From a virus (lineage: Duplodnaviria > Caudoviricetes): DNA of 46,525 bases. Positions 1-9,499 of this stretch are shown here, piece after piece; positions within the stretch are counted from its first letter, which is position 1, and every line of letters begins with the position of its first letter. Location: positions 1-46,525 of the IMG/VR virus record IMGVR_UViG_3300044698_000275. One strand, written 5' to 3'. The notes under the pieces are model-generated. The model did no database searches. It saw nothing but the letters and a program-made list of their open reading frames with translations, and was not told the DNA's origin. A program made the translations under genes and the position numbers.

Positions 1-127
1 TCAAGGGCGATCGGGTGAAGATCGCCGGCCGGGTGCACGCGATCGAGGCCGCGACTGGGATCCGGCTCGCCGGCACGCTGGTGCGCATCGAGATGCAGGT
101 GAGGGGGTGATGGCCGGCGCGAGCGGC
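1..127. repeat. Terminal direct repeat identical to 46399..46525 (circular assembly overlap)
   Basis: tcaagggcgatcgggtg...ggcgcgagcggc occurs at both ends. It cuts through the head-closure gene, and 127 bp is a typical assembler k-mer length. Confidence 0.95.
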
Positions 128-166
128 ACCCCCACCCCAACCCTCCCCCACGAGGGGGGAGGGAGC
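127..166. repeat. REP-like palindrome, family A (CCCTCCCCC..GGGGGAGGG). Related copies at 1311-1350, 2950-3002, 7144-7219, 13283-13350, 20865-20905
   Basis: caccccaaccctcccccacgagggggagggag-type hairpin recurring between genes. Confidence 0.8.
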
Positions 167-177
167 AGGAGGAGCTG

Positions 178-849
178 ATGGCGCGGACACCAAGGGTGCA
201 GGCGCTGTCGCGGTCGTTCACGGCGGCCTTCGACGGCGCGGTGGAGGAGCAGCGGGCGCAGCTCGCCACCTTCGCGCGGGCCGAAAACGCCAAGATCATG
301 GCCGAGGAGCCGCGGCCGACGGATTTCAGGCGCTGGGTCGACGGGCACGAGGGCGCGGCCGAGGAGACGGTGCAGCCGGACGGGGTGATCCGCTACCTCT
401 ACGAGCGGCTCGACCAGGTGGTGGACTTCGCGCTTCTGACGCTTCGCGAGCTGTCGCCGGTGTGGTCGGGCGACTACCGCGACAGCCATACGGTGTTCGT
501 CAACGAGACCGCGATCGACAGCCTGGCCGACAGCCTTGGCGGCAGTCTGCTGGGGGGGCGGCGCGAGGGCAGCGAGATCGTCATCGCCAACGGCGTGCCC
601 TACGCGCGCAAGATCGAGCACGGGACCATGAAGATGAAGGTGCCGGGCACCGACCACGTCTACCAGCAGGCCGAGGTGATCGTGAAACGCCGCATGGGCA
701 ACCTCGCCAAGATCAGCTTCAGCTGGCGCACCGTGCTGCCGGCCGGCGTCCGGGCCGGCACGCGCACCAGCGGCGGCCTGGCGGGCAACCGGACCCGCAC
801 CGTCGAGGACGCCTTCCGCTTTCCCGCCCTCGTGATCACGGAGCGCTGA
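178..849 (+). CDS. Neck/tail-completion protein, HK97 gp10-like
   Basis: SPVWSGDYRDSH and NGVPYARKIEHG motifs; GGAG RBS; lies between head closure and tail terminator. Confidence 0.7.
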   Translation: MARTPRVQALSRSFTAAFDGAVEEQRAQLATFARAENAKIMAEEPRPTDFRRWVDGHEGAAEETVQPDGVIRYLYERLDQVVDFALLTLRELSPVWSGDYRDSHTVFVNETAIDSLADSLGGSLLGGRREGSEIVIANGVPYARKIEHGTMKMKVPGTDHVYQQAEVIVKRRMGNLAKISFSWRTVLPAGVRAGTRTSGGLAGNRTRTVEDAFRFPALVITER

Positions 850-850
850 G

Positions 851-1297
851 ATGGCGGACTTCGCCGGCGCGGTGGCCGCCATCAAGGCGCGCCTCGAGGC
901 CAACTGGGCGACGACGCCGATCGGCTACCCCAACGGGGACCCCGCCGCGACCCGCGACGCGAGCGGCAATCCGCAGGCCTGGGTGCTGGCCGAGATCGTC
1001 GGCGCCGCCAACACCATCCATGCCGCCGGAAAGGCCGGCAGCGTGGTGTACGTCCAGGACGGGCTGATCCATGCCCACGTCTTCGTGCCCAAGGGGAGCG
1101 GCGACGCCACGGCGCGCACCCATGCGGTGGCGCTGGGCGAGATCTTCCGGGGCAAGCTGTTCTACGACGACGTCACGCCCGGGCACTACGTGCGCAGCTG
1201 GGCGCCGCGGATCGACGGCGGCGGCGACGGCAGCGACGACGGGCTGTGGTTCCGCGTCACCGCGACGATCCCGTTCGAGTATTGGCATCTGGGGTAG
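851..1297 (+). CDS. Tail terminator-like protein
   Basis: 148 aa; GLIHAHVFVPKGSG...WFRVTATIPFEY pattern; directly upstream of the tail tube gene. Confidence 0.7.
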   Translation: MADFAGAVAAIKARLEANWATTPIGYPNGDPAATRDASGNPQAWVLAEIVGAANTIHAAGKAGSVVYVQDGLIHAHVFVPKGSGDATARTHAVALGEIFRGKLFYDDVTPGHYVRSWAPRIDGGGDGSDDGLWFRVTATIPFEYWHLG

Positions 1298-1375
1298 GCC
1301 CGAGCGAGTGGCACCCCTCCCCTAGCCCCTCCCCACAAGGGGGAGGGGAACTTTCATCGATGAAGGAGACGAACC

Positions 1376-2614
1376 GTGTCCTACCAGACCCAGTGGAATG
1401 CCTATATCGCCTACAAGGCGCAGACGGCGCTCGGTGCCCAGGCGAGCGGCACCGGCGCGGCCATCCTGCGCACCACCGGCGGCGCCGGCGGACGGCTCAC
1501 CAAGGCCGCCGTCGAAAGCCAGGAGATTTCCCACGACGCCATGTCGACGCGCGGCCGCCACGGCACGCAGAAGACGACCGGCACCTACACCGCCGAGACG
1601 TCGATCGGCTCCTTCGACGACATCCTGGAGGCCGTCATGCGCGGCGCCTGGGAGGCGGCGCTCACCATCACCGAGGCGACCGGCGGCATGTCGTCGGCGA
1701 CGCTCGCCGTCGGCGCCAGCACGATCACCGCCTCGGCCGGCTCGTGGATCACCTCGGGGCTCCGCGTCGGCGACGTGATGCGCCTCACCGCCGGCTTCGT
1801 CGCCGGCAACCTCAACCGCAACCTGCGCATCACCGGGCTCACCGCCACGGTGGTCACGGTCGCCGAGACGCTCACGGTGGAGGCCGGGCCGCTCTCGACC
1901 TACACGGTGGTGCGCAAGGGCCAGAAGCTGATCAACCCGGCGGCTGGATCGATCGTGAAGCCCTATTTCACCGTCGAGGAGCACGAGATCGACATCGACG
2001 GCTCGGAGGTCTTCACCGACTGCCAGTGGGGATCCTTGCGCTTCCAGATGCAGCCCAACGGGCTCCTCACCATCGAGCCCACCTGGGTCGGCACCGGCCA
2101 GATGGAGACCAAGACGGCCGGCGACTCGCCGTTCTTCACAAGCCCAAGCGAGACGACGTCGGTGCCGCTGGCGGTGCTCGACGCGAGCCTGCTGCTCGGC
2201 GGCGCCGCGGTGGTCGATCTCACGAGCTTCGACCTCACCATCGACAACCAGCTGACCGCCCCCGACGTGGCGGCCTCGAAGTTCGCCCCGGACGTGTTCG
2301 ACGGCCAGCAGATGGTGGGCATGAACCTGACGGCGCTGCGCCAGGACCTGGCGAAGGTCGCCGACTTCCTCGACGAGACGGTGCTCAGCCTGCAGCTGCT
2401 GGCGGTCGAGAACGAGGCCGAGCCGAAGGACTTCCTGTCGATCTACGTGCCCAACTTCACGCTCGGGAGCGTGGACAAGTCGGCGCTGTCGAAGCAGGGC
2501 GGCCCGCGCACCCAGACGTTCTCGGTGGCGCCGGCGCTGGTCGGCCGCGACGACACCGGCGGGGCGTTCGATGCCTGCATGGTGAAGTTCCAGGTGTCGA
2601 ACGACGCGGCGTAA
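1376..2614 (+). CDS. Major tail tube protein
   Basis: 412 aa; AAGGAG RBS; VESQEISHDAM..GRHG, FDDILEAVMRGAW and YFTVEE motifs of siphophage tube proteins; synteny. Confidence 0.8.
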   Translation: MSYQTQWNAYIAYKAQTALGAQASGTGAAILRTTGGAGGRLTKAAVESQEISHDAMSTRGRHGTQKTTGTYTAETSIGSFDDILEAVMRGAWEAALTITEATGGMSSATLAVGASTITASAGSWITSGLRVGDVMRLTAGFVAGNLNRNLRITGLTATVVTVAETLTVEAGPLSTYTVVRKGQKLINPAAGSIVKPYFTVEEHEIDIDGSEVFTDCQWGSLRFQMQPNGLLTIEPTWVGTGQMETKTAGDSPFFTSPSETTSVPLAVLDASLLLGGAAVVDLTSFDLTIDNQLTAPDVAASKFAPDVFDGQQMVGMNLTALRQDLAKVADFLDETVLSLQLLAVENEAEPKDFLSIYVPNFTLGSVDKSALSKQGGPRTQTFSVAPALVGRDDTGGAFDACMVKFQVSNDAA

Positions 2615-2629
2615 GCGGGGTGAGTGGCG

Positions 2630-2725
2630 CCCTTCGAGACGCCGCGCTGCGCGGCGGCTCCTCAGGGTGAGGTGACGAGTGGCGCCCTTCGAGACGCCGC
2701 CTGGCGGCGGCTCCTCAGGGTGAGG
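2630..2725. repeat. Tandem pair of REP-like palindromes, family B (CCTTCGAGAC..CTCCTCAGG.TGAGG). Other copies at 7168-7204, 27023-27056, 41281-41319
   Basis: Two near-identical hairpin units at 2630-2672 and 2685-2725. Confidence 0.85.
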
Positions 2726-2746
2726 TGGTGAATGGAAGGACGTGAG

Positions 2747-2947
2747 ATGACCGGGAAAGAGACGGCGAAAGAGACTGCGAAGGCGCCCCGCAAGGCGGCG
2801 CCGGACGAGGCGGTGCGGGCGAAGGCGGCCGAGCTCGCCGCGGCGATCGAGGCGGCCAGGGCGGCGGGATATGCCGTCACCTGGCCGAGCCGCGCGGAAG
2901 GCCTGGCGGCGATCGCGGTGAGCGAGACGGGCAAGGTTCGGGGCTAG
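2747..2947 (+). CDS. Small hypothetical protein
   Basis: MTGKETAKETAKAPRK...; Ala-rich, phage-like codon usage; in the tail operon. Confidence 0.55.
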   Translation: MTGKETAKETAKAPRKAAPDEAVRAKAAELAAAIEAARAAGYAVTWPSRAEGLAAIAVSETGKVRG

Positions 2948-3028
2948 CGGCACCCCTCCCCCATCCCCTCCCCTGGTCGAGTCGACTTGGGGGGGAGGGG
3001 GTTTGACGGATCCGACAAAGGACAGATC

Positions 3029-3502
3029 ATGAGCGAGACGAAACACGTGCCGGCCGAGGACGGCGGGGCGATCGACATTTCGGGGGCGATGCCGGTGGAC
3101 ACCGGGATCCTCGACATCTGCAGGAGCGGCACGGCCGAGCCGACGGGGTGGAAGGTCACCTTCGCCGGCCCGTCGCACCCGAAGACGCTGGCCTGGGCCG
3201 ACAAGGCGTCCAGGCGCAACCTCAGGCGCCAGGCCGAGATCGAGGCCGCCCAGGTCAACGGCCGCAAGTACAAGGCGGAGGACCGGACGCCTGAAGACGT
3301 GCGGCGCGACAACGTCGAGTGGGTGGTCGGGCGCATCGTCGACTGGACGCCGGTGAAGATCGGCCAGGACGTCTACGCCTTCTCCGAGGCCGCGGCGATC
3401 GAGCTGCTGCTGCGCCCCGACATGGGCTGGGCATTCGTCCAGATGGTCGATTACCTGGCGGCGGAAACGTCTTTTACCAGGCGCTCCGCGAAGACCTCGT
3501 AG
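3029..3502 (+). CDS. Tail assembly chaperone (gpG analogue)
   Basis: AAAGGA RBS before ATG 3029; TGWKVTFAGPSHP..IVDWTP motif; sits between tube and tape measure genes. Confidence 0.75.
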   Translation: MSETKHVPAEDGGAIDISGAMPVDTGILDICRSGTAEPTGWKVTFAGPSHPKTLAWADKASRRNLRRQAEIEAAQVNGRKYKAEDRTPEDVRRDNVEWVVGRIVDWTPVKIGQDVYAFSEAAAIELLLRPDMGWAFVQMVDYLAAETSFTRRSAKTS

Positions 3503-3852
3503 CCTTCGCGGAGCGGCATTTCGCGCTTGCCTCGGTCGAGGACGGGCAGAGCTACCGCGAGATCCTCGAGGGCCTGCTCGCCCGGGCGAAGAGCCCCGAG
3601 CGCCGGGCCGAGATCGAGGCCGAGCTCGCCGGGCCGCCCTGCCCGGCGGCGCTTTCCTACATCTGGCGCGCCTTCCTTCGCCTGTCGCACCGCCGGCCAT
3701 GCGGCTTCGGCCCGTCGCCGCTCACCTGGAGCGACATTTGCGCCTTCATGACCGCGTCGGGCCTGCGCCTGGTGCCGTGGGAGATCGAGATGATCGAAGA
3801 GCTTGACGATCTCTGGCTCGCCGAGCGGGCGCGGGCGAGGAGCGACCAGTGA
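3472..3852 (+). CDS. Tail assembly chaperone extension (gpT analogue), probably reached by -1 frameshift
   Basis: -1 frame ORF FYQALREDLVAF...PCPAALSYIWRAFLRLSHRR..LTWSDI..WEIEMIEELD with no start of its own; overlaps the gpG 3' end. Confidence 0.7.
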   Translation, partial: FYQALREDLVAFAERHFALASVEDGQSYREILEGLLARAKSPERRAEIEAELAGPPCPAALSYIWRAFLRLSHRRPCGFGPSPLTWSDICAFMTASGLRLVPWEIEMIEELDDLWLAERARARSDQ

Positions 3853-6800
3853 ACCAGGCCGTCACCGAGCTCATCGTCCGGGGGCGCACCGAGGGCGTGG
3901 CGGAAGCGCGCGCCGAGGTGGAGGCGCTCGAGCGGGCGCATGTCAAGGCGCAGGAGACGACGGAAAAGGCGACGCTCGGCCTGGAGCGCATGTCGGCGCG
4001 CGTGCAGTCGCGCCTCGATCCGCAGTTCCGCGCCACCCAGCAGCTCGCGAAAGTGGAGGCCGATCTCGACCTGCTGCGGTCGAAGGGCCTGATCACGCTG
4101 GAGCGCCAGAACGCGCTCATGGCGCTGGCCGCCCAGCGCTACGGGGTCGTCGGCACCGCCGCGGCCGGCGCGGCCGTCGGCATGGCGGCACCCGGCCAGG
4201 CGGCGCAGCTCTCGGCCTTCCAGATGCAGAACCTGTCGTTCCAGATGAACGACATCGCATCCGGTCTCGCCATGGGGCAAAGCCCGTTGCGCATCATGGC
4301 CCAGCAGGGCGGCCAGATCGTGCAGATCTTCGGCTCGGGCACCGGCGTGGTGGCGGCGGTCAAGGCCGCCGGGTCGGCGATGGCGACCTTCCTGCTCAAT
4401 CCGCTCACCCTCGCCGCCCTCGGCTTCGGCCTGGCGCTGGAGGTGGGGATGCGGTTCTTCTCGAGCGTGTCGAGCGGCGCTTCCGATGCTGAGAAGCATC
4501 TCGAGCGCCACAAGGACCTGATCGACCGGATCGGGGACGCCTGGCCGGAAGCGGCCGGCAAGATGCGCGAGTATGCGCGCGAGAGCCGCTCGGTGCTGGA
4601 TTTCCTGAGGCGGGCCAGCCGCGACGACCTGGCGGTCGATGTGCAGGCGGAAGCCCGCAGGGTGCTCGACCAGACGACGACCTTCCTGCAGCGCGACATC
4701 AGGGGCGACCCGGTCTTCCGCGTCAATTCCGACTTCGAGGCCTTCGCCCCGGCGATCGACGCCCTGCGGGAACGCCTCAGGGAGGGCACGCCCGACATCG
4801 CGGCGTTCCGGGAGGAGGTGCAGAGGCTCGCCGATCTGCAGCCCAACGATGCAGCTTTGCGGGCGGCGGGGGCCGCGCTGATCGCCATGTCCGATGCCGG
4901 TTTCGACGCCGAACGGGGTCTCGACGCCGGCACCGCCGCCCTGGACCGCATGAGCGCCTCGGCCGAGCGGGCGGCCAAGGACCTCGGCAAGGCGCTCGAC
5001 GCCCTGCGCGGCCTCGCGGTGCCGAAGCTCTCCGAGCGTGACCAGGCGGGCGCCCTGCTGGGCCGCTCCCTCGGGTCGGCCGGCGCCCTGTCGGACATCG
5101 CCGAAAGGCGCTCGGCGGTCGAGACGGCGGTGCGGGAATACGAAGCCGCCCTCGAGCGGATCACGGCGGCGGAGCGCAAGGCCGGCATCGAGGCGCTGGG
5201 CGATCTCCAGTTCAAGCTCGATACGATGCACCTGTCGGACTATGCCCGCGGCCTCGCCGAGATCAACCGCGAATACGATTTGCTGATCGCCAAGGCCCGC
5301 GAGGCCGGCGCCGACACGACGCTGCTCGAGCGCCGCCGCGGCATCGACCTGCAGGCTTTTGATGCGTCGCGCGAGGCCGAGTTCAACGAGCTCATCGCCG
5401 AGCGCCGCCGGGCGCTGGGCGAGGAGGCCGGCGCGCTCGGGCTGTCGGAGACGGCGCTGGCGAAGTACCGCACCGAGATCGAGCTCACCAATGCCGCCAT
5501 GCGGCTGTTCGGGGCCGTGTCGCCGGAGATGGCGGCGCAGATCCGCGCGCTCGGCGACGCGGCGGCCGCCGCGGTGGCGGCGCAAGCGCGCATGGCCGAG
5601 CAGATCGCCGCCATGGACGCCCTGCGCGGCGACGTGCGCGGATTTCTCGGCGACTTCGTCACGGGCCTGCGCCAGGGCGAAAGCGCCGCCGACGCGCTCA
5701 CGGCGGCGCTCAACCGGCTGCTCGACCGGCTGATCAACTCAGGCCTCGACATGATCGTCGCCGGCCTGTTCGGGCAGCAGGGGACGGCGGGCGGCGGTCT
5801 GCTGGGAGGAGGCGGCGGACTGTTCTCCGGGCTGTTCGGGGGCCTGTTCGGTGGCGGAGGGGGCGGCGCGCGCGCCTCCGGCCCGGTCCCGGTGACCATC
5901 GCCGCGGTGGCGCCGAACCTCGGCGCGCCGGGCGGGGCCAGCGGCGGCTATATCGCCGCCAACGGGCTCGATCTGGCCGCCGGCGGCCTGCGCATCAGCC
6001 CGCTCGGCGGCGGGGCGCAGACGCGCGGGATGCGCAACAATAATCCCGGCAACATCGAATTCGGCAGCTTCGCGCAAAGTTTCGGCGCCACCGGCGGGGA
6101 TCCGCGCTTTGCCGTGTTTCCCAGCCTCGACCAGGGCGTCGGCGCCATGCAGGGGCTGCTCCAGTCCTACGGCCGGCGCGGCTTCAACACCATCGACTCG
6201 ATCGTCGGGCGCTGGGCCCCGGCAGGCGAGAACAACGTCGGGGCCTATGCCAACTTCGTCTCCGGCCAGACAGGCTTCGGCCGCGACCAGACGCTCGATC
6301 TCGGCAACCAGGCCACGCTCGACAGCCTCACCGATGCGATGGTCCGGTACGAGAGCGGGGTCACGAACGTCACCGAACAGATCACGGCGGGCGCCCAGCA
6401 GATGGTGGACGCCACCGGCCAGGCCGCCGACACGCTCAGCGCCGGACTGCCCAAGGCCGCCAACGAGGCCGTGGCGGGAGCCGAGCAGCTCAGTTCGGGC
6501 GTCGGCCAGGCCGGCCGGACGGCGCAGGACGCCGCCGGGCAGTTCTCGGGAACCTTTCCGGGCGCGCTGCAACAGGTCATCCAGTCGATCGCCTCAGGCA
6601 CCGGCGGGGCGCCGTTCGGCGGCTTCCCGGGTGGGAATTTCTTCGGGACCTTCCTGGGCGGCGGCGGCTTTGGCGGGGCGCCCGGCTTCACGCCGGGCGT
6701 GGTCATGTCGCGCCATCGCGGCGGCGTCGTCGGGGACCTCGCCGCCGACAACGACAACGCCCTGCGGCTCGCCTCGCCGGCGTGGTTCCGCAACGCGGTG

Positions 6801-7109
6801 CGGGCGCACGGAGGGCTGAACCTGGCGCCCGACGAGCGCCCGATCATCGCCCAGACCGGCGAGCGGGTGCTCAGCCGGGCCGAGACGACGGCCTTCGAGC
6901 AGGGCAGGCACCGCGGCGGCCGCGCTGCGGCGCCGTCGGTCACCATCCGCACCGGCGATACGATCCTCAACGTGGCCTCCGACGTGCCGGAGAAGACGAG
7001 GCGCGAGCTGCAGGCGATGCTCGAGGACAACAACGCCCGCCAGAGCCAAGAGCTCAAGGCGACGTTCGGCGAATACCAGAACTCCTACGCGACGCTGAAA
7101 GCAGGGTGA
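3849..7109 (+). CDS. Tape measure protein with an embedded lysozyme-like domain
   Basis: 1086 aa, Ala-rich helical; QNLSFQMNDIASGLAMGQSPLRIMAQQGGQI tape-measure motif; RNNNPGNI...RWAP..ENN...ESG domain; HGGL..DERPIIAQTGERVL C-terminal motif. Confidence 0.9.
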   Translation: MNQAVTELIVRGRTEGVAEARAEVEALERAHVKAQETTEKATLGLERMSARVQSRLDPQFRATQQLAKVEADLDLLRSKGLITLERQNALMALAAQRYGVVGTAAAGAAVGMAAPGQAAQLSAFQMQNLSFQMNDIASGLAMGQSPLRIMAQQGGQIVQIFGSGTGVVAAVKAAGSAMATFLLNPLTLAALGFGLALEVGMRFFSSVSSGASDAEKHLERHKDLIDRIGDAWPEAAGKMREYARESRSVLDFLRRASRDDLAVDVQAEARRVLDQTTTFLQRDIRGDPVFRVNSDFEAFAPAIDALRERLREGTPDIAAFREEVQRLADLQPNDAALRAAGAALIAMSDAGFDAERGLDAGTAALDRMSASAERAAKDLGKALDALRGLAVPKLSERDQAGALLGRSLGSAGALSDIAERRSAVETAVREYEAALERITAAERKAGIEALGDLQFKLDTMHLSDYARGLAEINREYDLLIAKAREAGADTTLLERRRGIDLQAFDASREAEFNELIAERRRALGEEAGALGLSETALAKYRTEIELTNAAMRLFGAVSPEMAAQIRALGDAAAAAVAAQARMAEQIAAMDALRGDVRGFLGDFVTGLRQGESAADALTAALNRLLDRLINSGLDMIVAGLFGQQGTAGGGLLGGGGGLFSGLFGGLFGGGGGGARASGPVPVTIAAVAPNLGAPGGASGGYIAANGLDLAAGGLRISPLGGGAQTRGMRNNNPGNIEFGSFAQSFGATGGDPRFAVFPSLDQGVGAMQGLLQSYGRRGFNTIDSIVGRWAPAGENNVGAYANFVSGQTGFGRDQTLDLGNQATLDSLTDAMVRYESGVTNVTEQITAGAQQMVDATGQAADTLSAGLPKAANEAVAGAEQLSSGVGQAGRTAQDAAGQFSGTFPGALQQVIQSIASGTGGAPFGGFPGGNFFGTFLGGGGFGGAPGFTPGVVMSRHRGGVVGDLAADNDNALRLASPAWFRNAVRAHGGLNLAPDERPIIAQTGERVLSRAETTAFEQGRHRGGRAAAPSVTIRTGDTILNVASDVPEKTRRELQAMLEDNNARQSQELKATFGEYQNSYATLKAG

Positions 7110-7284
7110 CAGGTGTCAGGGGTCAGGGGTCAGGTGTCAGGAGGCCCCTCCCCCAGCCCCTCCCCCTCCTTCGAGACGGCCCTTCGGGCCTCCTCAGGAT
7201 GAGGAAGGGGGGAGGGAGCCCGCCCGGGCAAGTGGCGGCTTCCTGACTTCTGACGTCTGACTTCTGAAAGCGAAGCGCCCTGCC

Positions 7285-7896
7285 ATGGATACCTTCAACC
7301 TCACGATGCTGCCGCCGGGCGAGATCGTCGCCGACGTGGTGGCGGCGCAGACGGCGATCCCGCGGTCGCTGTCGGGCAAGTGGCGCCAGATCGACTTCAC
7401 CGCCGGCGGCCTCGTCGTGGCGCGCTACGCCCGCGTCGTCGTCCAGCGCCCCGCCCAGCATCTCTACGTCAACGAGCTGGCGGCGCTGCTCAACGGCGGG
7501 GCCGGGATCATCGTGCCGATCCAGACCGGCCTGACGGCGCCGGACGGCTTTGTGTCGGCGGCGCTGTCGGGAGCGCATGCGCTCAACGCCGGCACGCTCA
7601 GCTTCAGTTTTTCGGCCGGGGAGGCGCTGTCGGGCGGCGAATGGCTGGCGATCAATCACGCGGTGAAGGGCTGGCGGGCCTACCGCATCTGGGAGATCGA
7701 CGTTTTAGGCGCGACCTACACCGTGGCGATCCAGCCGCCCTTGCGCGAGGCGACGGCCGACCTGACCGCGGTCGATTTCGCCAACCCGCGCGTCGTCGCC
7801 CGGCTGGCCGAGGGATCGAGCCTGCCGTGGCGCCTGTCGGGCGCCTGGCGCGGCGAGTTCTCGGTGGAGTTCGTCGAGCGGTTCGAGGTCGGCTGA
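7285..7896 (+). CDS. Tail tip (distal-tail-like) protein, paralogue 1
   Basis: Follows the tape measure gene; ends SVEFVERF; paralogous to the next gene. Confidence 0.65.
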   Translation: MDTFNLTMLPPGEIVADVVAAQTAIPRSLSGKWRQIDFTAGGLVVARYARVVVQRPAQHLYVNELAALLNGGAGIIVPIQTGLTAPDGFVSAALSGAHALNAGTLSFSFSAGEALSGGEWLAINHAVKGWRAYRIWEIDVLGATYTVAIQPPLREATADLTAVDFANPRVVARLAEGSSLPWRLSGAWRGEFSVEFVERFEVG

Positions 7897-8531
7897 TGGC
7901 CGTAGCCCTGACATGGGACCTCTCGGTGCTGCACCCGGGGGCGTTCGAGGCCGACGTGGTCGGCACGAGCGTGTCGGGCGGGGTGGCGGTGCCGGGTGGG
8001 GTGTCGCATGCGGCATCTTACGCCTACGGCGGGCTGGTGCAGGTCGCCTACGGGCGGATCCCCGTCCTCGGCAAGGCGCAGCACCTGCTGTGGAACCGGC
8101 TGGCGGCGCGGCTCAACGGGGGCCTGCGCGACGTCGCCGTCCCGATCCTCACCGACCGGATCGCCCCGGCCGGGATCGTCGCCACCCTCGACGGGGCGCA
8201 CAGCCTGCAGGCCACGAGCGTGGCGATCGCGGTCACCGCGGGGGCGGCGCTCAACGGTGGCGAGTGGTTGGGCCTCGATCACGCCGACGCCGAGCTCAGG
8301 GTCTACCGCATCGCGTCGATCGTGTCGGCCACCCCGCTGGGCGGCGGGGCGGTCGACTACGTGGTGACCGTCGCGCCGCCGCTGCGTGACGCCGCGGCCT
8401 CCGGGGCCACGGTCAATTTCGTCCGGCCGGCCTGCCAGATGAAGCTGGCGCCGGGTGAATCGATGGCCTGGCGGGTCGGGGCGGACTGGACGTCGCGGCC
8501 GTCGGTCAGCTTCGTCGAGGCGGAATTCTGA
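7896..8531 (+). CDS. Tail tip (distal-tail-like) protein, paralogue 2
   Basis: TGATG-coupled start MAVALTWD; shares LNGG, GAH.L, ALxGGEWL, YRI, PPLR and SFVE motifs with 7285..7896. Confidence 0.65.
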   Translation: MAVALTWDLSVLHPGAFEADVVGTSVSGGVAVPGGVSHAASYAYGGLVQVAYGRIPVLGKAQHLLWNRLAARLNGGLRDVAVPILTDRIAPAGIVATLDGAHSLQATSVAIAVTAGAALNGGEWLGLDHADAELRVYRIASIVSATPLGGGAVDYVVTVAPPLRDAAASGATVNFVRPACQMKLAPGESMAWRVGADWTSRPSVSFVEAEF

Positions 8532-9499
8532 TGGCGATCGTCGACCTCGATGGCGTCAACAACGCGGCGGCATCGGCCGCCGGCGGTCTGACCAAGGGCG
8601 TGACGCTCGGCGGCTTCAACCCCGGCGACACGCTGACGCTCAGCCTGCCGTCGGGCCAGACACACGTCGCCTGGTCGGCCTGGTCGAGCGGCGCGCGCTG
8701 GCTCAACGAGTTCCGCGTCATCCGCGACGGCGACCCGAACAACGTGGCGGTGTTCGGCGACCTGACTCAGCACGCCACGGCGGAGGCCGCGCGGGCAGCC
8801 TTCGCCGGCGGATCGATCACCGGAGCATCCTCCTATACCTTCTACATCCAGGACGCCGGCGCCTCGATCAGCGACAACCGGGGCGGCCTGTCGGTCGAGA
8901 CCGTTCTCACCCCGGCGACGATCGCCCAGGGGGTGGCCCGCACCATCCGGGCGGTGTTCTTCCGCCTCGCCACCACGCCCGACCCCTTGCGCCTGTGGTG
9001 CGGCATCAACGACATCCCGATCGGCATCGACGTGATCGACGAGGCCGGCGCGGTCTACCTGGGCGCCGGGCGGCTGCTCAACGTGCCCGACCTCGAGGTG
9101 CTGATCAACGGCAAGGCCGACCGGGTCGACTTCCTGCTGCCCGGCGTCACGGTGGAGAACGCGGCCCGCGTGGCGGCCGCCGCTCCCGACGTCAAGGGCA
9201 AGGCGCTGCACATCGGGGTGGCGACGCTCGACGACCGCTACCAGCCGCTCACCGCCATCACGCCCGTCTGGTACGGGCTCGCCGACCTGTGGCGGATGCG
9301 CCAGCCGAAGACCGCCGACCTCCAGGCCCCGACGCGGACGCTGGTGCTGTCGGTGGGGTCGGGCGCCACCGGCCGGGCCCGGGCCCGGCGCGCCTCCTAC
9401 ACCAGCGCCCAGCAGAAGCTGGTCCATCCGACCGACAAGTTCTGCGACTTCACCTCGCGCTACACGACCCTCAGAGAGACGAAATGGCCGAATTTCTGA
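8531..9499 (+). CDS. Tail tip protein with an extra N-terminal beta-rich domain
   Basis: TGATG coupling; C-terminal part FFRL...LRLWCG...YLGAG.LL.VP.LE.LING.A.R..F...QK..HPTDKFC typical of alphaproteobacterial tail-tip proteins. Confidence 0.65.
   Translation: MAIVDLDGVNNAAASAAGGLTKGVTLGGFNPGDTLTLSLPSGQTHVAWSAWSSGARWLNEFRVIRDGDPNNVAVFGDLTQHATAEAARAAFAGGSITGASSYTFYIQDAGASISDNRGGLSVETVLTPATIAQGVARTIRAVFFRLATTPDPLRLWCGINDIPIGIDVIDEAGAVYLGAGRLLNVPDLEVLINGKADRVDFLLPGVTVENAARVAAAAPDVKGKALHIGVATLDDRYQPLTAITPVWYGLADLWRMRQPKTADLQAPTRTLVLSVGSGATGRARARRASYTSAQQKLVHPTDKFCDFTSRYTTLRETKWPNF

Noticed and set aside
1-127. Biological direct terminal repeat
   Set aside because: It is 127 bp, lies mid-gene and is far from the terminase/cos region, so it is best explained as assembler overlap.
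2630-2725. CRISPR array (also considered for 29572-29660 and 17473-17726)
   Set aside because: Only 2-4 units, no unique spacers of proper length and no cas genes. They are better explained as REPs, iterons and arm sites.
1322-3700. Long antisense or alternative-frame ORFs (also 3657..5585, 20224..22569, 35627..37945, 38797..40605, 43534..46146, 44249..46168)
   Set aside because: They are shadow ORFs of GC-rich coding sequence: Arg/Gly/Pro-rich, without motifs, and overlapping well-supported genes.
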